In this document: piece by piece, positions 38,677 to 48,808 of the stretch | Numbering within the stretch: the stretch's first letter is position 1 | Layout: each line of letters starts with the position of its first letter | NCBI GenBank assembly: GCA_964504135.1 | Contig: CAZDCW010000003.1 | Location: forward strand, 427 to 64,426 | Length of the DNA stretch: 64,000 nt | Origin: an uncultured Methanosarcinales archaeon | GTDB taxonomy: Archaea > Nanobdellota > Nanobdellia > Woesearchaeales > UBA10216 | Direction of reading: 5' to 3' | The notes under the pieces: generated by a model | The model's input: the letters and a program-made list of their open reading frames with translations, nothing else | The model's database searches: none | What the model was told of the DNA's origin: nothing | Translations under genes and position numbers: made by a program

Positions 38677-40165
38677 CCAGGAGATTCTTTTGAGGAAGTA
38701 TTTTGATGAGCAGTCGTTCATCAAGTCAGACATAGAGTCCTTCAATAACTTTATTGATGTTGAGCTTCCAAGGATTATTGCGGAGAACAGCGAGATTGAG
38801 CCGACGATAATTCCTCCAAATGTTGACGAGTTTAAGATAAAGTTTGACAAGGTCAGGGTTACCAAGCCGCAGATTATTGAGTCTGACGGAAGCGGTGAGA
38901 ATGAGGCCAAGTTTCCGATTGAGTCGAGGCTCAGGAAGATGACCTATGCTGCTCCTATGTACATTACTGTTAGCGCCCATATTAACGGCGCGCAGCGGGA
39001 ATCCTTTGAGACCCAGATTGGGAATCTGCCTATTATGCTGAAGTCCAAGCAATGCCACCTGTACAGGCTGTCGAGGGAGGAGTTGATTGCGAGGGGCGAG
39101 GACCCTGATGACCCTGGCGGGTACTTCATTATCAACGGCACTGAGAAGGTGCTGGTTAAGGTTGAGGACCTGGCCGCAAACAGGTTTATTACAGACACGG
39201 ATAGTTCAAGCACGAGCAGGTTTGTTGGCAAGATTTTCTCTGAGTACAGCTCTTATAAGATCCCTCATTTGATTGAGAGGCTGAGGGACGGCATCTTCTA
39301 TCTTACTTTCACCAGGGTTAGGAGGATGCCTGTGATTGTTATCATTAAGGCGCTCGGCCTTATTAAGGACGAGGAGATTAGCAGGTTTATCTCGGCTGAG
39401 AGGCATTTTGATGAGATAATCGTTAATCTGCTTGAGGCGGCTGACATAAAGACAGAGGAGGACGCAGTGGATTATCTTGCAAAGAGGTCTGGCATTACCC
39501 AGTCCAAGGAGATAAGGATTGAGAGGATGCGTGAGCTGCTTGACAAGTACCTTCTGCCCCATCTCGGCACGTCGCCGAGGGACAGGCCGGTTAAGGCGTA
39601 TAATCTTTGCAAGATGCTGAAGAAGCTCATCCTCACTTTCAGGGGCGAGCTGGAGCTGGATGACAAGGATAACTATGCGAACAAGCGGCTCAAGCTGAGC
39701 GGCGACTTGCTTGCAGACCTTATCAGGGTTAACATGAAGGTACTTATTGGCGACCTTCTTTACAACTTTCAGCGGATAGTCAAGCGTGGGAAGTTTCCTA
39801 CCATTAAGGTTATTATACGCGAAAAGCTTCTTACGTCAAGGATTTACAGTTCTATGGCTACAGGGACGTGGACAGGCGGCCGCAAGGGCATCAGCCAGAG
39901 GATTCAGAGGCTTAATTATCTGGAGACCATGTCCCATCTTCAGAGGGTTGTCAGTCCCCTGTCGGCGACGCAGGAGAATTTTGAGGCGAGGGAGTTGCAC
40001 AGCACGCATCTTGGGAGGCTCTGCCCGATTGAGACTCCTGAGGGTACTAATATCGGGCTCAAGAAGAACCTTGCCCTGCTCGCGACTGTCAGCCAGGATA
40101 CTCCTGAGGATGAGCTTTTGAAGGCGTTGAGGTCGTTTGGCATGAAGCCGGTTGCTTTGAGGTAG
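38669..40165 (+). CDS. rpoB2: DNA-directed RNA polymerase subunit B'' (N-terminal half of split RpoB)
   Basis: 498 aa with Rpb2 N-terminal lobe/protrusion/fork domains. Followed immediately by B'. Confidence 0.95.
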   Translation: MGSQEILLRKYFDEQSFIKSDIESFNNFIDVELPRIIAENSEIEPTIIPPNVDEFKIKFDKVRVTKPQIIESDGSGENEAKFPIESRLRKMTYAAPMYITVSAHINGAQRESFETQIGNLPIMLKSKQCHLYRLSREELIARGEDPDDPGGYFIINGTEKVLVKVEDLAANRFITDTDSSSTSRFVGKIFSEYSSYKIPHLIERLRDGIFYLTFTRVRRMPVIVIIKALGLIKDEEISRFISAERHFDEIIVNLLEAADIKTEEDAVDYLAKRSGITQSKEIRIERMRELLDKYLLPHLGTSPRDRPVKAYNLCKMLKKLILTFRGELELDDKDNYANKRLKLSGDLLADLIRVNMKVLIGDLLYNFQRIVKRGKFPTIKVIIREKLLTSRIYSSMATGTWTGGRKGISQRIQRLNYLETMSHLQRVVSPLSATQENFEARELHSTHLGRLCPIETPEGTNIGLKKNLALLATVSQDTPEDELLKALRSFGMKPVALR

Positions 40166-40166
40166 G

Positions 40167-41969
40167 ATGGCTGAGGTCTATTTAAGCGGAAAGTTTGTGG
40201 GCGTAGTTGATAATCCTGCCGAGTTTGCGGAGAGGCTGAGGGAGGAGCGGAGAAAGGCAGCCCTTCCTGATGGCGTTAACGTTTGCTATGACCAGGAGGC
40301 CAATGTTGTTCAGGTGGAGGCTGGCAGGGGCAGGCTCAGGCGTCCGCTGATTATCGTCAGGGATGGGAAGCCTCTTTTGGCTGAGAGCCATTTAAGGCAG
40401 CTGGAGAGGAAGGAGATCAGCTGGTCAGACTTGGTCAGGCAGGGCATAATTGAGTATCTTGATGCGGCAGAGGAGGATAATGCGCTTGTCGCCTTCTTTG
40501 AGGCCGATTTGACTCCAAAGCACACCCATCTGGAAATTACTCCCCTTGCCATTTTCGGGCTGATTACTTCGCTTGTCCCTTATGCTAATTTCAACTCGGC
40601 GCAGAAGGTGAATACTGGCTCAAAGAACCAGAAGCAGGCTCTTGGTTTTTATTCCGCAAATTATCCGATTAGGATGGATATGGACGTAAACCTCCTGCAT
40701 TATCCTCAGGCGCCGATAGTGAGGTCGGTGATGCATGGAATTGGCGATTATGACCAGCACCCTTCTGGCCAGAATATTATTGTTGCGGTCATGAGTTATA
40801 AGGGCTATAATATGGAGGACGCGGTCATAATAAACAAGGCGAGCATTGACAGGGGTTTTGGCCGCGGGAGCTATTACAGGCCGATGATTGCTGAGGAGCT
40901 CAGGTACAGCGGCGGGCTGGTTGATGAGATTCAGATTCCGAACAAGGATATCAAGGGTTACAAGAGTGAGAAAGATTATCGTTATCTTGAGGAGGACGGC
41001 ATTATTTATCCTGAGGCCCAGGTGAGGGAGGGTGATGTGGTGATTGGCAAGACCTCTCCTCCAAGGTTCCTGAGCGGCGTTGACCAGTATAGGCTGGCGA
41101 CAGACACCCGTCGGGAAAGCTCGCTTACGATGAAGCATGGGGAGGAAGGGATTGTTGACATGATTCTTATTACTGAGAATGCAGAGGGAAACAAGCTGAT
41201 TCAGGTTAAGCTGAGGGACCAAAGGATTCCTGAGGTTGGTGACAAGCTGACTTCCAGGCACGGCCAGAAGGGCGTGGTTGGCTTGATAGTTCCGGCTGCG
41301 GATATGCCTTTTACAGCCTCAGGAATAACGCCTGACCTGCTTTTCAGCCCGCATGGGATTCCGAGCAGGATGACGATGGCGCATCTTATAGAGCTTCTTG
41401 CAGGAAAGGTCGGCGCGCTGTCAGGAAGGTATGTTGATGGCACGATTTTCAATTCAGAGCCTGAGGAGGCTGTCAGGAAGGAGCTTCAGGGCCTGGGCTT
41501 CAGGGACGATGGGCTTGAGGCCATGTATAATGGCGAGACAGGCGAGAGGTTCATGGTCAGGATTTTTGTTGGAAATATGTATTACCTCAGGCTTAAGCAC
41601 ATGGTGGCTAATAAGCTTCATTCAAGGGCGCGGGGCCCGATTCAGCTTCTTACAAGGCAGCCGACAGAGGGACGGGCGAAGGAGGGCGGGCTTAGGCTTG
41701 GTGAGATGGAGAAGGATACCTTTGTGGCTCATGGCGCGTCGCTCCTGCTGAAGGAGAGGTTTGACTCGGACAGGACTATTGTGCCTGTTTGTGAGGGATG
41801 CGGCCTTGTCGCCATTCATGATGACTATAGGAAGCGCAACTATTGCCAGAACTGCGAGGAGTCTACGGAGATTAACTTCATAGAGATCAGCTATGCTTTC
41901 AAGCTGATGCTGGACGAGTTTAAGAGCATGTGCATTTATCCTAAGATGCAGCTGAAGAACAAGTACTGA
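40167..41969 (+). CDS. rpoB1: DNA-directed RNA polymerase subunit B' (C-terminal half of split RpoB)
   Basis: 600 aa. Contains the hybrid-binding motif GDK...HGQKG and a C-terminal Zn ribbon (CEGCG...CQNC). Confidence 0.95.
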   Translation: MAEVYLSGKFVGVVDNPAEFAERLREERRKAALPDGVNVCYDQEANVVQVEAGRGRLRRPLIIVRDGKPLLAESHLRQLERKEISWSDLVRQGIIEYLDAAEEDNALVAFFEADLTPKHTHLEITPLAIFGLITSLVPYANFNSAQKVNTGSKNQKQALGFYSANYPIRMDMDVNLLHYPQAPIVRSVMHGIGDYDQHPSGQNIIVAVMSYKGYNMEDAVIINKASIDRGFGRGSYYRPMIAEELRYSGGLVDEIQIPNKDIKGYKSEKDYRYLEEDGIIYPEAQVREGDVVIGKTSPPRFLSGVDQYRLATDTRRESSLTMKHGEEGIVDMILITENAEGNKLIQVKLRDQRIPEVGDKLTSRHGQKGVVGLIVPAADMPFTASGITPDLLFSPHGIPSRMTMAHLIELLAGKVGALSGRYVDGTIFNSEPEEAVRKELQGLGFRDDGLEAMYNGETGERFMVRIFVGNMYYLRLKHMVANKLHSRARGPIQLLTRQPTEGRAKEGGLRLGEMEKDTFVAHGASLLLKERFDSDRTIVPVCEGCGLVAIHDDYRKRNYCQNCEESTEINFIEISYAFKLMLDEFKSMCIYPKMQLKNKY

Positions 41970-41971
41970 AA

Positions 41972-44638
41972 ATGGAAGACGAAAAGCCAGAGGCGGTAGC
42001 TGAGGAAATGGAGCTTGAGGAGGTAAAGGCGCCGGAGGCAGCTCCTGTGGAGAGGAAGCCTATTGAGGAGGAGCAGGTTGTTTACAAGCAGGTGAGCCAG
42101 GTTCAGTTTGGCCTTCTGAGCCCGAAGATGATAAAGAAGATGGCCTCTGCCAAGATTGTAACTCCTGAGCTTTATGACAAGGAAGGCTATCCTGTTGACG
42201 GCGGCCTGATGGACATAAGGCTTGGGGTGATTGACCCTGGCCTCAGGTGCAAGACCTGCGGCAGCAAGCTCAAGGAGTGCGTTGGCCACTTTGGCTATAT
42301 TTCGCTCGCCAGGCCAATAATACATTTGAACTTTTCAGGGGTTATACTGACGCTTCTGAGGTGTACCTGCCGCGAGTGCGGCCGCATTTTGATTCCCCAG
42401 GACAAGCTGGACAAGTACTCGGAGAAGCTGAGGCAGTATGGGAAGGAGAAGGGTGAGGAGCTGCTGCGCAAGAAGATTAGGGAGGTAATCCAGCGGCTTG
42501 GGAACAAGTGCCCTCATTGCAAGGCCAAGCAGGGCAAGGTTGCCATAGAGAAGCCGACGACATTCCTTGAGGATGACAAGCGGATTTCGCCAATAGAGAT
42601 CAGGACAAGGCTGGAGAAGATAAGCGATTCTGATGCAGAGCTTTTCGGCCTTAACACAAAGATTGCCAGGCCTGAATGGACAGTCCTTACCGTCCTTCCG
42701 ATTCCGCCGGTCACTATGCGGCCTTCGATTACCCTGGAGACAGGCGAGCGGAGTGAGGACGATTTGACTCATAAGCTGGGCGACATTGTCCGGATAAACC
42801 AGAGGCTGTTTGAGAATATTAACGCAGGCGCTCCTGAGATAATTGTTGAGGACCTTTGGGATTTGCTTCAGTATCACATTACTACATTTTTTGACAATGA
42901 GGTGGCGCAGCTTCCTCCGGCAAGGCACAGGTCAGGCCAGCCTCTGAAGACGCTGACAGAGCGGATAAAGAGCAAGGAGGGAAGGATTAGGCATAACCTT
43001 GCGGGCAAGAGGACTAACTTCTCTGCAAGGACTGTTATCAGCCCTGACCCTATGCTGGACATTACTGAGGTTGGCGTTCCTGAGGTGATGGCTCTTAAGT
43101 TGACTGTGCCTGAAAGGGTCACCCAGTGGAACATGGGCTACCTGAAAAAATTTGTGGAGAAGGGCCCAAAGAAGTATCCTGGCGCCAATTACATTGTGAG
43201 GCCTGATGGGAAGAAGAAGAAGCTTACTGAGGAGACTATTGAGCAGGCCCTTGAGGAGCTGCAGCCTGGTTATGTTGTTGAAAGGCATCTGATGGACGGC
43301 GACATAGCGATATTCAACAGGCAGCCGTCCCTGCACAGGATGAGCATGATGGTCCATCATATTAGGGTTTTGCCTTTCAAGACCTTGAGGCTTAATCCCG
43401 CGGTGTGCTTCCCGTATAACGCAGACTTTGATGGCGATGAGATGAACCTTCATATCCCGCAGACTGAGGAGGCGATGGCCGAGGCCGAGATTCTGATGCT
43501 TGTCCAGACTCAGCTTATCAGCCCAAGGTATGGGCTTGCGGTCATTGGCTGCGTTCAGGATGCCATTTCAGGGAATTATCTTCTTACCCAGAAAAGCTTT
43601 TCTATGGGCAGGGAGGCTGCTATAGACCTTCTTGCAAGGGCTGAGGTACCCGAGCTCGGGAGGCTTCCCAGGAAGGAAACCGTTACAGGAAAGGAGATTT
43701 TCAGCGTCATTTTGCCTGAGGACTTCGGCTTTGTTGGGCGTTCAAAGTCGCCTGAGGAGCCTGAGGTTGTAATCGAGGGCGGGAAGCTGGTGTCAGGCGT
43801 GATGGACAAGAACAACCTGGGCGAGGGTTCAGGGCTGCTTCTCAGGAACATACATCATAAGTATGGCGAGAAGAAGGCTGTGGAGTTCATCGGGAAGGTT
43901 TTCAGGCTGGGCATTCAGGTTCTGATGAAAAGGGGCTTTACTACAACTGTGTCAGACACAGACCTTCCTGAAAAAATAAGCAGGGAGGTCAGGCAGTTGC
44001 TTGATTCAAGCAGAAATGGTGTAAATGAGCTGATAAGGCAGTACAGGGAGGGGCAGCTTGAGGCTTTCCCGGGAAGGACGCTGAGGGAGACACTTGAGCT
44101 TAAGATTATGGAAGTGCTGAACAGGGCAAGGAATGAGGCTGGCCTTATAGTTTCCAGGAATGCTGACAGGAGCAGCCATACGATGATTATGGCGCTTTCA
44201 GGCGCAAGGGGCACTACCATCAACCTGGCCCAGATGGCCGCTACGGTTGGCCAGCAGGCCCTCAGGGCAAAGAGGATTGAAAAGGGGTATAAGCACCGCA
44301 CCTTAAGCTGCTTTGAGAGGAATGACATCGGGCCAGAGGCGCATGGGTTTATCAAGAATTGTTTCAAGAAGGGCCTTTCCCCGCCTGAGTTCTTCTTCCA
44401 GGCAATGGTTGGCAGGGATAGCCTTATGGATACTGCGCTTAGGACGCCGAAATCAGGCTACCTGTACAGGAGGCTGGCCAACGCCATGCAGGACCTTAAG
44501 GTTGAGTACGATCATACGGTCAGGGATGCAAGCAGGAGGATTATCCAGTTTAGTTATGGCGAGGACGGGATTGACGTTTCAAAGTCAGAGGCTGGAAAGA
44601 TAAATGTGAAGCGCATAATTGCCGAGGTCATGGAATAA
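41972..44638 (+). CDS. rpoA1: DNA-directed RNA polymerase subunit A'
   Basis: 888 aa. Zn-binding CKTCG..C.GHFG, catalytic [10 protein letters not shown], and the clamp/dock domains. Confidence 0.95.
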   Translation: MEDEKPEAVAEEMELEEVKAPEAAPVERKPIEEEQVVYKQVSQVQFGLLSPKMIKKMASAKIVTPELYDKEGYPVDGGLMDIRLGVIDPGLRCKTCGSKLKECVGHFGYISLARPIIHLNFSGVILTLLRCTCRECGRILIPQDKLDKYSEKLRQYGKEKGEELLRKKIREVIQRLGNKCPHCKAKQGKVAIEKPTTFLEDDKRISPIEIRTRLEKISDSDAELFGLNTKIARPEWTVLTVLPIPPVTMRPSITLETGERSEDDLTHKLGDIVRINQRLFENINAGAPEIIVEDLWDLLQYHITTFFDNEVAQLPPARHRSGQPLKTLTERIKSKEGRIRHNLAGKRTNFSARTVISPDPMLDITEVGVPEVMALKLTVPERVTQWNMGYLKKFVEKGPKKYPGANYIVRPDGKKKKLTEETIEQALEELQPGYVVERHLMDGDIAIFNRQPSLHRMSMMVHHIRVLPFKTLRLNPAVCFPYNADFDGDEMNLHIPQTEEAMAEAEILMLVQTQLISPRYGLAVIGCVQDAISGNYLLTQKSFSMGREAAIDLLARAEVPELGRLPRKETVTGKEIFSVILPEDFGFVGRSKSPEEPEVVIEGGKLVSGVMDKNNLGEGSGLLLRNIHHKYGEKKAVEFIGKVFRLGIQVLMKRGFTTTVSDTDLPEKISREVRQLLDSSRNGVNELIRQYREGQLEAFPGRTLRETLELKIMEVLNRARNEAGLIVSRNADRSSHTMIMALSGARGTTINLAQMAATVGQQALRAKRIEKGYKHRTLSCFERNDIGPEAHGFIKNCFKKGLSPPEFFFQAMVGRDSLMDTALRTPKSGYLYRRLANAMQDLKVEYDHTVRDASRRIIQFSYGEDGIDVSKSEAGKINVKRIIAEVME

Positions 44639-44639
44639 G

Positions 44640-45779
44640 ATGGAGACTGAAGAGCTGCTGAAAAAATATGAGGACAGGCTCCCGTCAACTGTTATGGAGG
44701 AGGTTGTTGCCAATTTGCCGAAGAAGATTTCCGAGGCAAAGGCTAAGGAGATAATGGAAAGGGTTGAAAGCCAGTACAGGCAGATGCTCGCCGAGCCAGG
44801 CGAGAGCGTGGGCCTTATTTCTGCAGAGTCGATAGGAGAGCCCGGGACGCAAATGACGCTTAATACTTTTCACTTCGCAGGAGTAGCAGAAATGAACATC
44901 ACGACAGGCCTGCCAAGGATAATTGAGATTTTGGACGGGAGGAAGAACATTGCCACTCCCATGATGGAGATTTTCCTCAGGAAGCCTTATTCGCAGGGCA
45001 AGGACATAAAGAAGATAGCGCTTTATGTGAAGGAGACCAGGCTGGCCGACATATCGTCTGAAATCGTCTTGAACCTCGCCGAGTCCCGGATTGAGGTATC
45101 CCTTGATGATGAGAAGGCAAGGGAGCTCAACATTACAGAGGCGAATCTCCTTAAGGCGCTGAAGAACACCAACAAGAACCTGTCAGTTGAGGTTAAGAAG
45201 GGCGCTTTTATATTCAGGCTCAAGAGCAAGGAGGAAAACCCTAACGAGATATACAAGTACAAGGAAAAAATCAAGGACAGCTATATCAGGGGGGTTCGCG
45301 GAATCACACAGGTCCTTCCGGTGAAGAAGGATGGCGAGTTCATGATTATAACCTCAGGCAGCAACCTGAAGAAGATGCTTTCGCTTCCGTTCGTGGACGC
45401 TACAAGGACGACTACAAATGACATTTTTGAGATTGAGGAAGTGCTTGGCATTGAGGCGGCAAGGCAGGCGCTGATAAGCGAGGTGTTCAAGGTCATTGAG
45501 AACCAGGGGCTGAACGTTGACATCAGACATTTGATGCTGGTCGCTGACACAATGTGCTTCAACGGAAGCCTGAAGGGCATTACAAGGTATGGGGTTGTGA
45601 GGGAGAAGGCGAGCGTGCTTGCCAGGGCTTCTTTTGAGACGCCGATAAAGCACATAATAAGCGCCTCGCTTACAGGAGAGATTGACAGGCTCAACTCTGT
45701 GGTTGAAAACGTGATGCTTAACCAGCCTGTGCCGATAGGGACCGGCCTGCCAAAGCTGGTTATGAAGGGGCAGGGATGA
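44640..45779 (+). CDS. rpoA2: DNA-directed RNA polymerase subunit A''
   Basis: About 379 aa, the Rpb1 C-terminal trigger-loop region. I prefer the ATG at 44640 (METEELL), just past the rpoA1 stop. The track start is 44619. Confidence 0.9.
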   Translation: METEELLKKYEDRLPSTVMEEVVANLPKKISEAKAKEIMERVESQYRQMLAEPGESVGLISAESIGEPGTQMTLNTFHFAGVAEMNITTGLPRIIEILDGRKNIATPMMEIFLRKPYSQGKDIKKIALYVKETRLADISSEIVLNLAESRIEVSLDDEKARELNITEANLLKALKNTNKNLSVEVKKGAFIFRLKSKEENPNEIYKYKEKIKDSYIRGVRGITQVLPVKKDGEFMIITSGSNLKKMLSLPFVDATRTTTNDIFEIEEVLGIEAARQALISEVFKVIENQGLNVDIRHLMLVADTMCFNGSLKGITRYGVVREKASVLARASFETPIKHIISASLTGEIDRLNSVVENVMLNQPVPIGTGLPKLVMKGQG

Positions 45780-46048
45780 GTGGAATGGACATTACATCCG
45801 AGTTAAAGAAGGCGATTAAGGAGAACAACGCGGTAATAGGCACTGAGAGGACCATAAAGGAGCTGAAGACAGGAAAGTTAGTGAAAGTGTATCTGTCAAG
45901 CAACTGCCCGGCGAGGGTAAAAGCGGATGTAGAAACTTACAGCAGGATGGCAAATGCGGCTGTGGAAATGCTTTCAGTTCCCAATGATGAGCTTGGCGTA
46001 ATCTGCAAGAAGCCATACTCAATCTCAGTTCTCGGGCTCAAAGCATGA
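45776..46048 (+). CDS. rpl30e: ribosomal protein L30e
   Basis: 90 aa in the L30e/L7Ae fold family. It sits after rpoA2, which is the conserved archaeal order. Confidence 0.85.
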   Translation: MSGMDITSELKKAIKENNAVIGTERTIKELKTGKLVKVYLSSNCPARVKADVETYSRMANAAVEMLSVPNDELGVICKKPYSISVLGLKA

Positions 46049-46467
46049 GCAGGCCAAAAATCCTTTACGACAGCAACACTCTGCAGACAATAAGCCTCTT
46101 CGAAAGGATAACAGGGACTGAGGCCAAGGACTGCTTCACAAGCAACGAGACGCTCTATTTTGTGTTGGCAACAGAAAACATGGGCAAGGCAATAGGAAAG
46201 GATGGGGCCAGGATAAAGAGGCTGCAGGCAATGATGAACCGCAGGATCAGGCTGCTGGAGTTCAGCCCTGATTTGGCAACATTTATAAAGAATCTGATTT
46301 ATCCTACGAAGGCAAAGCAGGTAGTTGCCGACGGGGGAATCGTCACAATAACAGGGGAGGACGTAAAAGGCAGGGCAATGCTCATAGGCAGGAACTCGTC
46401 AAACCTGCAAAGGCTGAAGGATATTGTGGGCCGGTATTTTGAGGTTACGGAGATAAGGGTTTCATAG
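46045..46467 (+). CDS. nusA: transcription termination/antitermination factor NusA (archaeal, KH domains)
   Basis: 140 aa with two KH-like repeats (GKAIGKDGARIKRL; GRNSSNLQRL). Conserved position between L30e and S12. Confidence 0.85.
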   Translation: MSRPKILYDSNTLQTISLFERITGTEAKDCFTSNETLYFVLATENMGKAIGKDGARIKRLQAMMNRRIRLLEFSPDLATFIKNLIYPTKAKQVVADGGIVTITGEDVKGRAMLIGRNSSNLQRLKDIVGRYFEVTEIRVS

Positions 46468-46470
46468 CAT

Positions 46471-46908
46471 ATGTCAAAGAAAACACGCGGCCTGAACGCC
46501 GGGAAGAAGCTGAGGGAGAAGCGCGCCCGCTTTAGGTGGTCCCAGGAGAAGTACATCAAAAGGGTTCTTCAGCTGAAGGCGAGGTCAGATCCGCTTGAGG
46601 GCGCTTCACAGGCAAAGGGCTTGGTTCTGGAGAAGGTTGAGATTGAGGCCAAGCAGCCTAACTCAGCAATGAGGAAGGCTGTGAGGGTGCAGCTTATCAA
46701 AAATGGAAGGCAGGTCACTGCCTTCGCACCTGGTGACGGCGCCATTAAGATGATGGACGAGCACGATGAGGTGGTCATTGAGTGCATTGGCGGTAACAAG
46801 GGCCGTGCAAAGGGCGACATTCCTGGCGTCAGGTGGCAGGTGATTAAGGTAAATGACCAGTCGCTGAGGGCGCTCCTGTCAGGAAAGCTGGAGAAGGCTA
46901 GGAAGTAG
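46471..46908 (+). CDS. rps12: ribosomal protein S12 (uS12)
   Basis: 145 aa. Contains [30 protein letters not shown] and [11 protein letters not shown]. Confidence 0.9.
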   Translation: MSKKTRGLNAGKKLREKRARFRWSQEKYIKRVLQLKARSDPLEGASQAKGLVLEKVEIEAKQPNSAMRKAVRVQLIKNGRQVTAFAPGDGAIKMMDEHDEVVIECIGGNKGRAKGDIPGVRWQVIKVNDQSLRALLSGKLEKARK

Positions 46909-46977
46909 GGCTTGTTTTGATTAGTTAGTGGTTGGTTGTAGGTAGTCTGTTTAATCCTATAGTACAAAGGTATTGAA

Positions 46978-47066
46978 CATTCCAAAACAGTGCACGAAGC
47001 CAAACCGTATGCTTACCAATTCCCGAAAGGGGGATGCTAAAACAAGGCAGGAACAGCCTGCTACAG
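46978..47066. repeat. family-2 element, long form, copy C
   Basis: cattccaaaacagtgcacgaagccaaaccgtatgcttaccaattcccgaaagggggatgctaaaacaaggcaggaacagcctgctacag. Sits just downstream of rps12. Confidence 0.6.
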
Positions 47067-47136
47067 TGAGTTAGGATAGGCGGCTATTGAAGATAAGCAT
47101 AATCTTTATAACCCCGGATTCCTGCAAATTCCCTTT

Positions 47137-47406
47137 ATGTTGCTTGTCCGGGCTGTTAAGTTCGTCCTCTTCTCCGTTATCATGATTGGTCTGGTGAAGC
47201 TGCAGACAGTCCCTGCCTATTTCATGGTCATCATAGGCGCTTGTTTTCTGATTTACGGGCTTTCCGGGATAGTCACGCGGGATTTTTACAGGTTTCCACT
47301 TTATTCGGCGGCAGCCCTGTGCATCCTGATTGTTTTGGTCGGTTACGCCAGCGTTTACATTCTTGCTGCGATGTTATTTGCCCTTATGCTTGACGTCTTT
47401 GTATAG
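47137..47406 (+). CDS. small membrane protein, hypothetical
   Basis: 89 aa with 3 hydrophobic helices. Confidence 0.3.
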   Translation: MLLVRAVKFVLFSVIMIGLVKLQTVPAYFMVIIGACFLIYGLSGIVTRDFYRFPLYSAAALCILIVLVGYASVYILAAMLFALMLDVFV

Positions 47407-47877
47407 CTCGGCTTCCAGCTTCAGTACAAGGGGCTCTGCCCTTGTGATTTTTTCCTGGTATTGCGGATACCTTTTCCTCAGGTCTGCAAGCCTCTCCTTT
47501 ACAGGAACTACCTTGTGGTGCATTACCCGCTTGTCCGCGTAGTATAGTACTTTCTGCTCTATCGTCTTTGGGCGGTTTTTCCTGTCAAGGATGTAGTGCA
47601 GGGGATGGCTCAGGATTACTTCCGCAACTTCCCTGTAGCCATGCTTCACAAGCAGGTTAAAGCCTGCCTTTTCATGCTCTGGCTGCAGCTTGCCAATGTC
47701 ATGGAGGATTGCTGATGAGTCCAGCAGCCTGAGGTTCACTTTTTTCCCCTTTTTGTCCAGTTCTGCCGCAACTTCAGCAGCAACCCGTGACACGACTATG
47801 CTGTGCCTTATTACATTGTCAGGCACGTTGTGCTGCCAGAGCAGCTGGAAGGACTCCTGCCTTGAGGGGATTGCCAC
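47374..47877 (-). CDS. HD-domain metal-dependent phosphohydrolase
   Basis: HD motif in SSAILHDIGK, followed by ...HPLHY...YYADKR. The track ORF starts at the ATG at 48120, which would overlap the + strand gene by 226 nt. I prefer the GTG start at 47877 (VAIPSRQESF), where the HD-domain homology begins. Confidence 0.5.
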   Translation of the reverse strand: MAIPSRQESFQLLWQHNVPDNVIRHSIVVSRVAAEVAAELDKKGKKVNLRLLDSSAILHDIGKLQPEHEKAGFNLLVKHGYREVAEVILSHPLHYILDRKNRPKTIEQKVLYYADKRVMHHKVVPVKERLADLRKRYPQYQEKITRAEPLVLKLEAELYKDVKHKGK

Positions 47878-47893
47878 GCGGTAACAAGGCGGG

Positions 47894-48808
47894 ATGGGCT
47901 TTAATAAAAGTTTGCACTCCGAAAAGTATTTAATGCAGGCCCGCGCTGGGTGGATTATGGTTCTTGAGCTCCTGATAAACCCGAAGGCGGCTGAGAGGAG
48001 TCCTTGGGAGCTTTTCTTCTTCGGGCTCGTGTATGCAAGCATAGCGATTGTCCTGGCGATGTGGATTTTCGCGGAGAAGGTGGGCCTGGTAATGGTGTTC
48101 CTTACCACCCTGTCATGCACTTATCTTATTCAGAGGACCCTCCGGATGGAGGAGAGGAAGGACCAGAAGTTCGCCAGCGAGATTAGGCTGCTCAGGGAGC
48201 ATGGGAAGGCCCTTACTTTTTTCATGTTCCTTTTCCTTGGCTTTACGGTTGCGTTCTCTTTGTGGTACATCCTGGCTCCGGCTGAGACTGCCCAGCGGAT
48301 ATTCGGGATTCAGATTGAGACGATTGAGTCCATAAACTCGGCTGTGACAGGCAACGCCATGTCAGGGGCTGCAGCGTTCACCAAGATATTCGCAAACAAC
48401 ATGCGTGTGCTTCTTTTCAGCTTTATCTTTGCAATCTTCTATGGGGCAGGTGCTGTTTTCATCCTTGCCTGGAACGCGGCTGTTGTCGGGACAGCTATTG
48501 GCAGCTTTGCCAGGTCTGGGCTGGCAGCGCTGGCAAATAAGGTTGGCCTGCTCGGAGTTGGCCATTATCTTGCAACCTATTCCCTGGGCCTGCTGAAATA
48601 CATGACTCACGGCTGGCTTGAGATACTTGCTTATTTCACCGCAGCCCTTGCTGGCGGGATTCTTTCTATGGCGCTGGTGAAGCACAGCCTTGGGAGTGAA
48701 GCTTTTAGGAGGACCCTGCGGGACTCGGTGGACCTTGCTCTTCTTAGTGTTTTGATGATTGTTGCCGCGGCAGGAATAGAGGTCTTTATCACTCCTGTTC
48801 TTTTTTAG
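47894..48808 (+). CDS. SpoIIM/DUF95-family integral membrane protein
   Basis: 304 aa with about 6 TM helices. The start may instead be an internal Met at 47933 or 47957. Confidence 0.4.
   Translation: MGFNKSLHSEKYLMQARAGWIMVLELLINPKAAERSPWELFFFGLVYASIAIVLAMWIFAEKVGLVMVFLTTLSCTYLIQRTLRMEERKDQKFASEIRLLREHGKALTFFMFLFLGFTVAFSLWYILAPAETAQRIFGIQIETIESINSAVTGNAMSGAAAFTKIFANNMRVLLFSFIFAIFYGAGAVFILAWNAAVVGTAIGSFARSGLAALANKVGLLGVGHYLATYSLGLLKYMTHGWLEILAYFTAALAGGILSMALVKHSLGSEAFRRTLRDSVDLALLSVLMIVAAAGIEVFITPVLF

Noticed and set aside
40620-43453. Antisense ORFs inside rpoB1/rpoA1 (40620..41261, 42335..42928, 42932..43453 and smaller ones)
   Set aside because: They are fully embedded opposite strongly conserved RNAP coding sequence. 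I see no motifs, and their composition is typical of antisense open frames.
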